DNA of 64,000 bases. It comes from Craspedostauros australis (lineage: Eukaryota). Location of the stretch: assembly GCA_030167865.1 (NCBI GenBank), contig JALAGF010004118.1, positions 1-64,000 on the forward strand. Direction: 5' to 3'. The notes beneath the pieces were generated by a model that saw nothing but the letters and a program-made list of their open reading frames with translations, was not told the DNA's origin and made no database searches. This document shows positions 12,612 through 24,561 of this stretch, piece by piece. Every line of letters begins with the position of its first letter. Position 1 is the stretch's first letter. Both the position numbers and the translations under genes were made by a program.

Positions 12612-14045
12612 CTACAGATCCTCCCTTTCGAAATGCCGCCGCAGCTTACCCCAGTGTTTGTCAAGGATGACAGACAGCGGAGCATGATGCCCCTCCTCCA
12701 GTTTTGTCAGTCGTGCGAGCTCCGCAACGAAGCAGGTGCCCGGACTGAACGGATCGTCTGCCTGCGATCTGTTTGTTCCATTCCTCGACAGATATCCACC
12801 CTGCGGTGTGTTCAGTGACGGCGACGCGATCGCTGGCATCCTGCTCCTTTCGTGATCATGGTTGGAATGATTCTGGGATTGCGAGTATGCGTATGAATGG
12901 GAATGGGAATGTGAACGAGATCTGGAAGCTGAGTGCGGGTTCGGGCTTCTCAAGCCTCGCGGTGTTGGCGACACCATGGTCGTTCCGGCTTGGCGCTGGG
13001 ATTGATGCTCATCAAATCCACTCCCACCATTCATGCCCTGGTGACTTCTATCATACTGGAGGGCGCTGTGAGATGGTGTCTGATTCACCATGCTTTGTCC
13101 ATACTGCTGATCCTGCCGTTGCTGTCGACGTCGTGGTCGTGATTGTGATTGTAACTGCGACTGCGGTTGCTGCCGTGAACCATTCGCTTCGCGCAGCTGC
13201 TGGTGCAGCTCGATGTTTTCTTGCCGCAGCTGCTCAATTTCTTGGTTTTGCTCCCGGAGGATGCGCTCCATGGCATCAAGAGCCGTCGACCATGTTCGTT
13301 TCTGCGATGCGGTCAGCACATTTGAATCGCGCGTGTCGATCTCTTCGGGGATGTCATCGAGATGGCTGCTGACTCGCTGCTGGTTGGGCGGTCCGTGGAT
13401 CACGGGAGTTTGCACCGGCGTCGGCGGCGCCTCTGTCGGCACCCGGCTGGAACTTGCCGGCGTATTGTAGAGCCTGCGACTTGTCGGCGTCCCTTGTGGT
13501 GGGGGGTCGATTGCAGTTGTCGTCGTGGTGCTGGCGCTCCTTCCTGCTGGTGTTGATCCTGCTGCCCTGCGTGAAGATCTATTGGCAGGCGTATGCGCAT
13601 GCACATGCGAAGGCGTATGCGCATGCGTTGTGGGTCGATACGGAGACTGCCGCATGTTGCTGCCACCGGTTCCATTGCCGATGGCCGCCCTGCTGCGATT
13701 GCTGGGAGAGAGCAGGCCATCGATCGACTTCGTCACGTTCTGCAGCTCTTCGTTGAACGAATCAATCGCCTGATCCACCGAGCCCGACGCTGGCATGAAG
13801 TGCGATTGCGATTGCGATTGTCCTTGCGGCTCCACCTGCGTTTGTGTAAGTGCTTGGGATGCCGTTTGCGCTTGCGATGGATGCTGCGGCTGCACTTGCG
13901 GTTGTGACCGCGGCTGCAGCTGAGAATATGGCTGAAGATGCGACGATCTCCACGATGTGGATGGTGGCTTTTGAGACGTCCAGTCCTCGTTCAGATCGTA
14001 CTCTTCGGCTTCGTCCACCGTCTCCACCCTCGTCCCGTTCATCAT
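12612..14045 (-). CDS. Hypothetical protein (477 aa), Q/S/P-rich and disordered, with a central coiled coil and a short ordered C-terminus
   Basis: Long uninterrupted ORF. Coiled-coil-like LDAMERILREQNQEIEQLRQENIELHQQL. C-terminal PFSPGTCFVAELARL...LSVILDKHW. Confidence 0.8.
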   Translation of the reverse strand: MMNGTRVETVDEAEEYDLNEDWTSQKPPSTSWRSSHLQPYSQLQPRSQPQVQPQHPSQAQTASQALTQTQVEPQGQSQSQSHFMPASGSVDQAIDSFNEELQNVTKSIDGLLSPSNRSRAAIGNGTGGSNMRQSPYRPTTHAHTPSHVHAHTPANRSSRRAAGSTPAGRSASTTTTTAIDPPPQGTPTSRRLYNTPASSSRVPTEAPPTPVQTPVIHGPPNQQRVSSHLDDIPEEIDTRDSNVLTASQKRTWSTALDAMERILREQNQEIEQLRQENIELHQQLREANGSRQQPQSQLQSQSRPRRRQQRQDQQYGQSMVNQTPSHSALQYDRSHQGMNGGSGFDEHQSQRQAGTTMVSPTPRGLRSPNPHSASRSRSHSHSHSYAYSQSQNHSNHDHERSRMPAIASPSLNTPQGGYLSRNGTNRSQADDPFSPGTCFVAELARLTKLEEGHHAPLSVILDKHWGKLRRHFEREDL

Positions 14046-14866
14046 CGTGCTCGTTGTTTGCCGATGACAAAGTCAATGATGGCACTGATGCTTTGATGAC
14101 ACTGGTGGATGTAAAGGCGCCTATACTTGCAGTTACCAAGCGCCGTCGTTCCCCGGATACTTGCGGGTCTTGCGATTATGATGGTGAAGACAAGTATTGT
14201 CATTGTTCGGCATCCTTCATCTTGCAGTGTGTGTCTTGGTAAAAAACACACTGTTTTGAAATTCAAATTGTGCTGGATGTAGATACTTCCAATAAGGTAC
14301 CCGGTATGATCGAATGAAGTACTTTAGTATACTATATATATGGTGTTGACATACGTCAAGTTTGTTGAATCTCCGCCCGTCCCAATGTTTGTGTCACGAC
14401 AAAAGTCACGCGAAGCAAACCAAAGGAGGTGTGACGTATTCACCAATCAACCACAGAATCATCCTTTTCGTCCATCGTTCATGTCAACGTCCACGATGTG
14501 CACCCACGTCGCAGAATCAGGAAAGGCACACATCGTGAACACAGAGAGGTTACCGGTCGTGACGTCTTTTGGCACGCGATCGATTCTGTACGAGTACGAC
14601 TACGAGTCCGCATGCTGTTTGGATTTATTGCACGACGGCAAACTTCATTGAGGCGACGAATACACAGGCGACATCCATCTGAAGAGGCTCTTGTCATTCC
14701 CATTCATCCGCATCTGCATCCATACTCGCATTAGCACTCGCATTCACACACCTGCCATTCTATACCATTCTCGAAGACGGCCAAGGCATCACAGGACGCA
14801 AAAGGACACCAGAGAGCATCATCGGTATCAGTAGCATCAGCATCATCAATACGAAGAACAAGAACA

Positions 14867-16344
14867 ATGAAGTTGACGTTGCGATTGGCGCTGTGCCTTG
14901 CTGCAATTGCGGCTCAGGCGGATGCATTCACCTTACCATCACTCTCAACGGCAACCAGCCGCCGTTCTCAGATAGTGCGATCGGCAGTGTCGCAAATCAA
15001 CACGGATGGTGCATCATCCACCTTGTCGCCAACGCCATTTGCTGCCAGCACGGATGCCACCAGCTACAAGATGTCCAGGGAGGAAGTCAACCCGCTGGTT
15101 TCCTTCGGCGAGGATGAGAAGGAGAAGATCGTCAACGGCTTCGGCTTCTACTGCATGCTGGTCTCGTTGCTCACCGGTCCCGTGTGGCTGCTGGCCATGA
15201 AGTTGATCCATCGCATGGGAGAGCAGGACGAGAACCGGTCGCTGTACGACAAGACTGGCAAGATCTGGAGCAAGACGTGGTTGACTGCAACCAACTCCTA
15301 CCCGACTGTCAGCGGCAGCTTGGAATGGATGGATGCCTCCAAGAACATGGGACCGTGCTTGTACGTTGCCAACCACGCATCGTGGTTGGACATTCCGGTC
15401 CTGTGCACCGTGCTAGACCCAGTGTTCAAATTCATCTCCAAGGCGGAGCTGACGAAGGTTCCTTGCATCGGAACCCAGCTGGTTGGGGTAAGTCAATCAG
15501 TCGAAACAGTGTTGTTGCTGCTGCCACTACCTCTTCAATGGCGCGGAGACGAATCTGCGGTTGCTGTACCGAAGTTGCTTGCGCCCACTCAAACGCCTCG
15601 CACTTTTTCCGATGAGGCTGACCTTGAATCTTCCTGCTGTTGCGGCTGTTGCTGTTTTGATACTCGGTTGTCTTTTTGTCCGTTTCAACGGCGACGGCGA
15701 TGATTGCCACCGATCGATCAATCGAACGAACAACGCGTGCATGAATGAATGAACGGCGACGAAACGAAATGGATTGCATGCCACTCACCCACCGAACAAC
15801 GACGACACGACATCATGCTGCGCCCATTCATTCTATTGACTTTTGCGACGCGGGACGGATGAATCACACAACCAAATCAAACCGTGCGTATGTGCGCGAA
15901 AACCGACGACAACGTGTATTCGACTAACAGGGAGAGCACATCTTGATCGAGAGGGACGACAGAAGATCTCAATTGAAAACCTTCAAAGAAGGCATTCGAT
16001 GGCTCAAGAAGGGCGTCCCGCTGATGGCCTTTCCCGAGGGACAGAGGTCACGCGACGGCAAGCTCATGGAGTTCAAGGGCGGACTGTTCCTCATGGCAGT
16101 CAAGACCAACGTGCCTATCGTCCCCATCACTCTTTCGCACACGCATTCCGTGATGCCGTCGAATTCCTTCTTCCCCGTCCAGCCTGGAAATGGCAAACTG
16201 CATGTCCACGTCCACGAACCCATCATGACCGAAGGCAAGACGGAGGATGAATTGTCATCCCTCGTCAAGGCCTCCTTTCTGACGACGCTTCCAGCGGAGC
16301 AGCACCCCGTCGCTGAAGCTGAGAAGGTGATGGTGACGGCCTGA
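14867..16344 (+). CDS. Plastid 1-acyl-sn-glycerol-3-phosphate acyltransferase (LPAAT, PlsC/ATS2 family); exons 14867-15487, 15931-16344 (344 aa)
   Basis: NHASWLD (HxxxxD), FISKAEL and FPEGQRS acyltransferase motifs. Signal peptide ending ADA-FTLP (ASAFAP-like) plus a Ser/Thr-rich transit peptide. GTAAGT...CTAACAG intron. Confidence 0.93.
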
Positions 16345-16905
16345 GCAATGCCCCACGGTGGCGAACTGCCAGGAGAGATTACTAGAGTATAATATAATAC
16401 TATGGAGAGTGTTTCATTTGATTCTAAGCTGTAGTTCAAGCTAATTATGGGAACATGACAGGTGCAACGACGACGGGCTTGTGGAATTCATCCAGTGTAC
16501 TCTGTTGCGATGTGCTGCAGAGACTCTCTAAACCGCTAACAGCACACACACACACACTACGAAGGAGGTTCCTGCTGACAAGAGGATGCTCGAACACTGC
16601 GCTATGCATTGGCGGTTGGCTGCTGCTTCGTTGCTTGATTCAAATCATTGTGGTGCTGCCATAGATGCAGCGAACACTGATTCCGGCGACCTCCTAAGAC
16701 GAACGCACGTTGGCGGATCAACCCAACTGGTGATTGCGAGTGTTGTTGCTCTCCTTCTTGTCCGAGACGCGATCGAGGTGTTGCGCCTGCATGGTCTTGG
16801 AACTTCCTGCTCGATTGCAGCGCCGTGGCGCTGGCACAGGCAAGCACTAGGTCGTACAAAGCAATCTTCTCTACTCCACACCGCTCCACTCCACCCTCCG
16901 AGTAT

Positions 16906-17903
16906 TTAGTACTTGGAGACCTTGGTGACTGAAAAAGAAGGAGAATGCGCGAGTATGTATGGTAGGGAATGAATGATGGATGAAGGAATGGAGTTAGGCA
17001 TTGACGATGTTGGCAGCATGACGACAAGACCAATCCAACAGGGTGCATGATGCCCTTCCTTCCAACATCACACCAACCACATTCGTTTTTAGACAGCGAG
17101 GATCTGTCCCAAAGAAAGCAACGCATGGATTACCGCAATCATATGCAATCATGTTGGCACTGGCGGCAGCGGATGCAACGAACGCAACGAAAAGGTTTCA
17201 GCAAGCACTCACGCAATGGGTTGCGGTCCCGCAAGAAGTACAGCTTCGCTCTCTTGACCTTGCGCTTGCCCTTGTAAACGAAATCTCGCTCCAGGATCTT
17301 CATCTCCTGGATCATCGGCGAATGCAGCGGGATCTTGCGTTCGATCACCTGGCCGAAGACGACATCGCGGATGATGACGGACGATGACAGGCCACGGTTG
17401 ACGATGCCGAGCACGACGCCGCGGACCTTCTCCGTCTCCTGCTGGATGCCGTCGCCCATCGGCTTGACGCCGCCCTGCGAGACCATCTTGATTTCGATGG
17501 CATCGCCGACGTGGAATTCCTCCTGCCACATGGCGGGGTTGTCCTGCTTCGATTTCTCCACGGCCTTGGCGTTGAGCTCCCCGAACAGCTTGGATGCCAA
17601 CTTGCGCGGTGACTTGAACTTGGGTCTGTCGCGAAAGCGCGGTCGTTTGCCGTGATGCAGGTACGCAGCGCGTTCCGGATCGAAGGACGTGATGGGTTCT
17701 GCGTCAGCGTCGTACTTGGGCGCGCCGCCGCCACCGTCATCATCGGAGAACCATCTCTGCGGTTGGTCTGCGCGTGGTCCATGCGTCGCGGACGCAACGC
17801 AGAAGCTGTGAGTTGGGAATCCTGAGAATGCAGTCGCAATGGCAGCACCGACAGGTTGGTGGCACCGCTGCCTGCCTGCGAGGCCTGCAAATTGACGCAG
17901 CAT
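16906..17903 (-). CDS. MRPL19: Mitochondrial ribosomal protein bL19; exons 17903-17213 and 16928-16906 (237 aa)
   Basis: FHVGDAIEI...VRGVVLGIVNRGLSSSVIIR...IERKIPLHSP...KVKRAKLYFLRD is the L19 signature. Arg/Ala-rich presequence. GTGAGT donor and TTTTTCAG acceptor give the terminal exon LTKVSKY*. Confidence 0.9.
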
Positions 17904-18544
17904 CGTCGTGAGATCGGCTGGGAGTATTGTGAGCTCGTGGATATGAATGGTACGTGCAAAGCTCTGCTCTGATTTTGCTCAGGTCGGAGCTCTGTTCACA
18001 AACAACATCAAGATGGGAAGGAGCCGCGATGTCCGCAAGTGTGGGAACCCAGGGAACGGCACACAGCGCCATGGTCGATCCGACAAACACATCGCGTTCT
18101 GTGTGGTTCTCGTAGTGACGGTCAGACCGTAAATCTGCTGTTGATTTGGACGAGACGAAGTGTGTCCCAGTTACAACACAAACATATTTCTCGTTCGCAA
18201 TATCGAAACAGTACTCATGGTACCTAGTATGTACTCAATAGAGTGTAGAGCTCCGATGCCCAAAGCAACTACTATCACCATGAACCAGCCCAGACAAGAG
18301 GGAAACATCAAGTTCAGGGTTGCGTATGGTAGACTACCTCTTGGAACTCTCACTCCATTCTAAACGCGTGGTTGGTGCTGGGATGCTCTCGCTTCCTGTG
18401 CTGTTCTTGTATTATTCTCGTACTGGAACTTTTGAGGCAGGTTTGTCGGCATGTCTTCACCGTTTGATGCTCTATTGGTAGTATACTATTATATGATTTA
18501 ATGCAAAGGAGGTTTTGCTTCTATAATGCGGATTGGTGACATCA

Positions 18545-20593
18545 TCATTCGACGTCGTTGATGGATGATGACAGCGAGGGATCATGATCTTCACGAAGAC
18601 TGCTGCCGCTATGGTTGTCATTGTCGTAATCATCGTCTGCATAGCTATCGCTGCAGTCCTTCAGGATGCTGCTGTGGCTCGAAGCGCTATCGATGTAGGT
18701 GCCATGCCGCGATGTCTCTTCCGCGATGTATCGTTGCGAATGAGGCCGATATGGTCCGAGCAGCTCGCGCTCCTTCTGCTTGCGTTTGCGCCGCAGCGTG
18801 ACGTTGAGCAAGCCCCTCGTGGTGCGCTCCAGAACCGCGTGCAACGTCGTCAAGGAGGCCGACTCGGTCGCCGTGGCTCTGCGACGGCCGCGTTCCAGAT
18901 TGGCATGCTTGATGCAGAGCTGGAGCTCCTTGGGCGTGTAGCCGAGCCTGCGCAGCATGCTGTGACGATGCGTGGCAGGGAGTTTCATTTGCAGCATCGT
19001 GCGTCTCGTCGGGCGCGCTTTTTCGTAGGAGTCGATGGTGCATCGCAAAGCCGTGCCGTATTCCCAATCCAACGACACGGGGGCGCCCTTGAATGCGGAG
19101 GGGTTGTCGCCAGGGCAGACGCAGTATTCCCGGATTTCGAGCGTCGCGAATCGAACGTGGATGTCGCGTGTTGTGGCGACGCTGTGGCAGTCCTCCGAAG
19201 TGCAACCGGTGACCGAAGTCAGTTGGTCGGCAGTGTCAGTGTCAGTGTCGTTGCTGCTGCTGCTGTTGTTGTCGTTCCTTCGTACTTTAATTGCGCTTGC
19301 TTTCTCTTTGTCGCCATCGTGTGTTACGTCTATGTTGTGAAAGTGATGGGGCTGTCGCTGTTGCTGTTGCTGCTGTTGTTCGTGGTGCTTCTGCTGGTCT
19401 TTCATGGCGTATTCTTCGTGGTGATTGTGGTTGATGGCAACATCGTCAGAATGTGTCTGGTTGGCGATGTTGACGTTGGCTTGTGCCTGCCTTCCCGTCT
19501 GGATACTCCGAACATGTTTGTGTTCGCTTTGCTCGTTGGTGTTGTCGTTATTGTTGTCGTGAGTGTTGTCTTTGCCTTCACTGTTGTCTTGGCCTTCACT
19601 ACCATCTTCGTCGGCGTTCTTGTCCTTCTTGTTGCATTTTCGTCTGCTGATCTTTTCCCTGTTGCTGCTGGTCATTACACTTCCGTCATCGTTGGTGCTG
19701 CGCTTCGAACGACGTGAGCTCGATCGCGCCGACGCATCGTCTTTCTCCTTGTCTTTCTTCTTCGTCTTTCGGCTCTTGGACTTGTTACTGCGGCTGCTCC
19801 TTCTGCTGGAGACGCTGCCGGATGAGCTCTTGCTGCGTTTCTTCTTCTGTTTGTCTTTCGATTTGATTGATGATGCGTCACTCTTTCTGTCTTTCTTTTT
19901 CTTCTTCTTTTTGCTTTTCTTCTTCTTGATGCTATCGGCTTCGTCGCCATCACGATCATTGTTGTTGTGGCTGCTGTCCATGTCGGAATCCATGTAGGCG
20001 GTACCGTACATGTAGTCGTTGACGTAGTGCACGTTGCTGTTGCCTTCGTTCACGATCGTCCTCTCGGCATCATGCAACGCTGCTGTTGGTGACGATGATG
20101 ATGATGCTGCTGGTGGTGGCACGCTGGCGATGGGAGCGTGCATGTCGACGTGCGTGAAGTAATCCATGCTTTCCTCGGGAGGAATCGCAAGTGTCAACGA
20201 TGACGACGATGTCGATCGGATGGAGATTGGCTTGTGGTTGTCGTGCGACTCCATTTGCTTGTCTCGTTCCTGTGGTTTCGTCTTGGATGATCTGCCGCGT
20301 CTCTTGCGTCTGATCATCGACGATGATTCTGAGGATGCCACCGATTCTCTCGACCTCGAGCGGCGACTCGGCTTGCGAAGGGGCCGCGTTTCGTACGAGT
20401 ACTCATCGTTGGCTCTCTCATCGTCAGTTCCGCTCATCTCTGCTGCTTCTGACGTTGGCGGTGATTGTGATGGTGATGGTCTTGATGTTGACGAGGAACC
20501 AGCTGCACAACCTTTCCTGGTTGCATCGGTGCTGCTGCTGCTGCTGCTGCTGCTCTCGGGTTTGTGGATGGTCTCCACCATCGTTCGTGGCAT
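18545..20593 (-). CDS. Lys/Ser-rich low-complexity protein (682 aa) with a C-terminal VRF...GDNPS...GAPVSLDWEY module
   Basis: Long ORF. The module HVRFATLEIREY...GDNPSAFKGAPVSLDWEY...IDSYEKAR...RHSMLRRLGYT is one I recall as common in diatom proteins and loosely similar to CSRNP_N. Confidence 0.8.
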   Translation of the reverse strand: MPRTMVETIHKPESSSSSSSSTDATRKGCAAGSSSTSRPSPSQSPPTSEAAEMSGTDDERANDEYSYETRPLRKPSRRSRSRESVASSESSSMIRRKRRGRSSKTKPQERDKQMESHDNHKPISIRSTSSSSLTLAIPPEESMDYFTHVDMHAPIASVPPPAASSSSSPTAALHDAERTIVNEGNSNVHYVNDYMYGTAYMDSDMDSSHNNNDRDGDEADSIKKKKSKKKKKKKDRKSDASSIKSKDKQKKKRSKSSSGSVSSRRSSRSNKSKSRKTKKKDKEKDDASARSSSRRSKRSTNDDGSVMTSSNREKISRRKCNKKDKNADEDGSEGQDNSEGKDNTHDNNNDNTNEQSEHKHVRSIQTGRQAQANVNIANQTHSDDVAINHNHHEEYAMKDQQKHHEQQQQQQQRQPHHFHNIDVTHDGDKEKASAIKVRRNDNNSSSSNDTDTDTADQLTSVTGCTSEDCHSVATTRDIHVRFATLEIREYCVCPGDNPSAFKGAPVSLDWEYGTALRCTIDSYEKARPTRRTMLQMKLPATHRHSMLRRLGYTPKELQLCIKHANLERGRRRATATESASLTTLHAVLERTTRGLLNVTLRRKRKQKERELLGPYRPHSQRYIAEETSRHGTYIDSASSHSSILKDCSDSYADDDYDNDNHSGSSLREDHDPSLSSSINDVE

Positions 20594-21888
20594 AGAAGTT
20601 CGGTTGCACTATGGAACTGCGCTCTTCTTCATGTGCAGGAGCGAGGGCTTTGCGGCGATGCCTTTGATGCGTTGCAATGATGGGATGATGCAAGGGATCG
20701 TAGTGGCGGCGTGGGATGGACCCGTCGATGGCAGAGCAGACACGATTGGGCGAAGAGTACCCACGATGGACGATGCGATTTGTCCTCTCTGCGCCTTTCT
20801 CTCTCTCTCTCTCTGTTCCTCTTTATCGCGTCGATTGCCAGAGAGTCTGCCGATGACGTCAATGATGGTGATGATGCCGATGCCGATGCCGAGGATGGCG
20901 AAGAATGATGGCAACGCAGAGAGAATGACGGTGCACGGTGGACGATGGGTAACTGCCGATGAAGAATGCGGCGTCCACACCAACATCAACGCCAACACGT
21001 GAACATCAACATCGACAGCCACCCTCTTGCCCCTCCCCTCTCAGCTTCGCTTGGATGGTCCTGAAAAGAGACTCTCCTCCGCACATCACATTACATTACG
21101 TCAAATCACATGACATCACGTCGTAGTGCTCTGCGTTCCGCGTCCGCCTCTTTGCTCACAACAAACATGTGCGCTCGAGTTTGTTGCGTGATGATCCACG
21201 TCCCAATCATGTGGCAATTGGACAAAAGATCTGCGATTATGTGTGAGAACCGTTCCAGGGAATACGGACAAATGGGCGACACGATTTCGCATCTGTCGAA
21301 GAGCAAGCGATAACTTCGCTGTATCAAGAAGTTGGTCCACGCGAAGGAGTATCTAAGCCTCGGTTAAATGTTGGAAAGCGAAACCAATTGAGGCTCCACA
21401 ATTAACTCCAAGACCGAAACTCAACAAGGAAGCGTCTTGCACATGACATTTGCACCCAACACAGATGACCGAATTGGACATCGCGAACTTGCATTTTCGC
21501 TCTCACATTTTTCAAAACGCCACAGCACGACCAGTCCACCAGACGGAAGATTCGAACAAGGTTCGTGTGCGTGTTGTGTTGCCCAACAACACGACATGAC
21601 CACAAAAAGCATGGGGACAAGCCGAAGTGACTCGAGTGTCACCCAATGTTTAGAGACATGGTGATCCCACAGAGTAAGTGTCCTATGAATCGCAGTACAT
21701 AGCAGTGGTATCTTGTCTGCAAGAGTTCCTTCCTCATCATGCTTCCTCGTCTTATACTTGGTGGCAGTTCGCCATGATTCCCCGACCAAACCGCTGCTTC
21801 TTCCATCTTCATCTCGAGCTTTTGCTCTCTCGATTTCTCTCCCTCCCTCCCGACACCTCCAACATGCGCCACCACTGCACCACCGCGC

Positions 21889-24561
21889 CTACGCCGAATC
21901 CATCATGTAATGCAACTGCTCGATGAAACGTTGCACATGCTGCGCGCTGACTTCGACGACGTTGCTGTCGAAGCTCGTGTCGAATTTGGCGGCCGCGTCC
22001 ATGGATTCCGCGGCGAGCTGGAAATGATAACCGAATCGGTTCTTGACAAAGTTGCCGGCATGTTCCGGGTATTCGTACCCCACGACGAGGAAGGACTTGG
22101 TCTGCGGCTTCTCCGCCATGAGCACGAGCGGTCGGGCCTTCGTGCCGGCCCACGATCCATTCTCGCGGTGCATGCTCATGAGGTACTGCGCGAGGCGGCT
22201 CAGCGCCAGCGGTTTGGAGAATGTGTGCTGTTGCTGTTTGGTCTGCTGTTGCTTCGACGATGCCGAGCTGCTGGAGTCTTGCGGGTTGGCACGGCCAGAC
22301 GTGGTGCTGTCCGCGACGTAGTTGCCCTCGCCGAAGCTGGATGTACAGGTGAGGTAGGCGTAGCGGAAGTGTCGCAGCCGCGTGATGGCATTGCGTTCCG
22401 TGAGGCTGACGGCCGTCGATAGGATGGCCTTTTGCACTTTCATGGCGAGACGGATGCCGGCGCCGAGCCCGGTGCTGCCGGTGAGGTTGCCACCGTTGAT
22501 GAGGGAGGATGCGTCCTGCCCGCCGCCATGCAGGGAGTTGAGGCTCATGGTCGGTGCGATGCTGGTGTTCAGCGCGTCGTAGGCAATGTTGAATGCCTCC
22601 AGCGTTTGCTGCTCTTCGTCGTTGGCAACGTTGGCACCGTCTCCAGCAGCACCACCTCCTCCTCCCGTGGATGGTGGATCGCATTCAAGCAGAGCGGTGA
22701 TGGCGTGCGAGGTGTCGCTTGCCGCAAGCAATGATTGGTATCCAGTCACACGGAAGAAGCTGGTGAATTCGAACTTTTCCAATCCGTATTCCTGCCATGT
22801 TTGGAATGGCAAAGCACAGATGACACTCCGTGTGATGGCATGACGGCAGAAGCGATGTATATGTTGAGAATGAGTGAGGAGATGTGATAAAAGAGCAAAG
22901 AATATTCATGGATTGAAAACATTTGTCACATGCAATGCACTCACCTCCGCGTACTCGCCGAGACGCTCCTTCAACCGCCGACGCAACCGGGGCTTCATGA
23001 AGGGATACGGCTGACGGCATTCTTCCAACGGATATCCCATCTTGGCCAACAGCTCGCGCAGCTGATGGCGCCCCCGCTTCGTCCACACCTGCAGCTTCGT
23101 GGAGACGTAGTCGGAACAGATCATGCTGTCGTACAGCGACGAATGACGTAGCAGGAAGAACTTGTAATCGCTCTGCGACAGGATGCGGCCGTTGTCGGAG
23201 AAGGTGATCTTGGTGTTGTCACGCGATGTGGCACCGCTCATGAGATCTTCCGCGAAGACGCTCTCGGTCGACCGCGTGTACATGTCGTTGGGGAAGAGAC
23301 GCCGGCAGTTGTTGTCGAGATCGCCTGCCAGCTGCGTGAAGACGGCGACATCGAGCCGCGAATGCAGGTAGGCGTCCGTGATTCCGACGCATGCCAACCA
23401 CAGGAGGTCGCCCGTGGAACCAAATCGCATTTGCGTGGCGAGGCGGTAGGCCGTGTATGACGCTGGCGTTCCGTAGAAGCTGCCGGTATTGTAGTAGTTG
23501 TTGACCCGGTCCTTGCGTTCCTGGTGTCTTTGCTGTGGTGTCAAGTACTGGTGGCGTTGGGACGGCGAGCCCAAGGTGCTGGCATCTTCCGGTGCTGTCG
23601 ATGGGTACGTTGACGCCACTGTGGTGTAGTCATCATCCTGCACGTTCAGCTTTCTGCGTTTGGACTGATTGGATCGCGCATCATCGGCATTGCCAACGTC
23701 GTTACCGTCATGATCGCCGTGGTCGTCGTTGCCATCGTGCTCATCGTTGTCACCCCCATTTGCGCCGCCGTTGCCGGTCTCGTCCTCTGCATCGTAATCC
23801 GAATCGTCGACCATCCTGCGCGATGCGGAGCCTCGTTTGGAGGCCATCGTGTTCGTTGCTGGCGTGTCGGTATCGCTGAAACCACCATCACCATCATCAG
23901 CAGTTGCATCCTTGCGTCTGCCACCCGTTGGTGCATCAAACTCCGTCTCGCCTTCATCGCTGTCATCATCGGAGTCGCTGTCTTCGTCGTCATCGTCGCT
24001 GTCCGAACTGCTGCTGCTGCCAGCTTCATCTTCATCGTCGCTGCTTTCGTCGTTGGCGCTGAGGTAGTCTCCATCGCTCGGAACATCGCCGTCCTCAATG
24101 CCGCGCTTGTTGTCCCAGAACATGACGACGTTGTCACCAGCGTGGATGTTGGCCAAATGTACGGGACGCCGACAGTCCATGACGTAGATCTTGACGTGCT
24201 CGTTGAGCAAGGGACCGAAGAGCTTGACGAGGTTGACGGTGGCACCCAGATTGAAGAGGACCAACGCTCTGACCGTCTCATGGGGCGTGTTGCGCAGGAT
24301 GTCGGCCATGGATCGTTGCGAGCTGCATGGCAGCAGCTGATACGCGATGCCGTCGGATCGCAGCAGGAAGGACAGGATCCTGGCGGCCGCCAAGGCATCG
24401 GCCTCCGCGTTGCACAGCATCAGCACGGAGCCGCCTTCATCATCGTTGTCCGCAAAGGCGTTGTCATCGTCGTCGTTGTCATTCGCAGCGCTGCCGCTTC
24501 CTCTGCAGTCCTCGATGATGCGTGCGTAGCCCTCGTGATGGTGCTCGATTTCCAAGATCAT
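21889..24561 (-). CDS. CDC45: DNA replication initiation factor CDC45; exons 24561-22945, 22791-21889 (839 aa)
   Basis: DALAAARIL, LFNLGATVNL, YVMDCRRPVHLANI, acidic insert with KRRKL NLS, LLWLACVGITD, FFLLRHSSLYDSM, LLAKMGYPL, KNRFG...FDSNVVEV. In-frame GT-AG intron. Confidence 0.96.

Noticed and set aside
18584-19717. Long antisense ORFs (also 23710-24642, 34261-35202, 55736-56875, 61495-62373)
   Set aside because: Shadow frames opposite real genes, expected with this codon bias.
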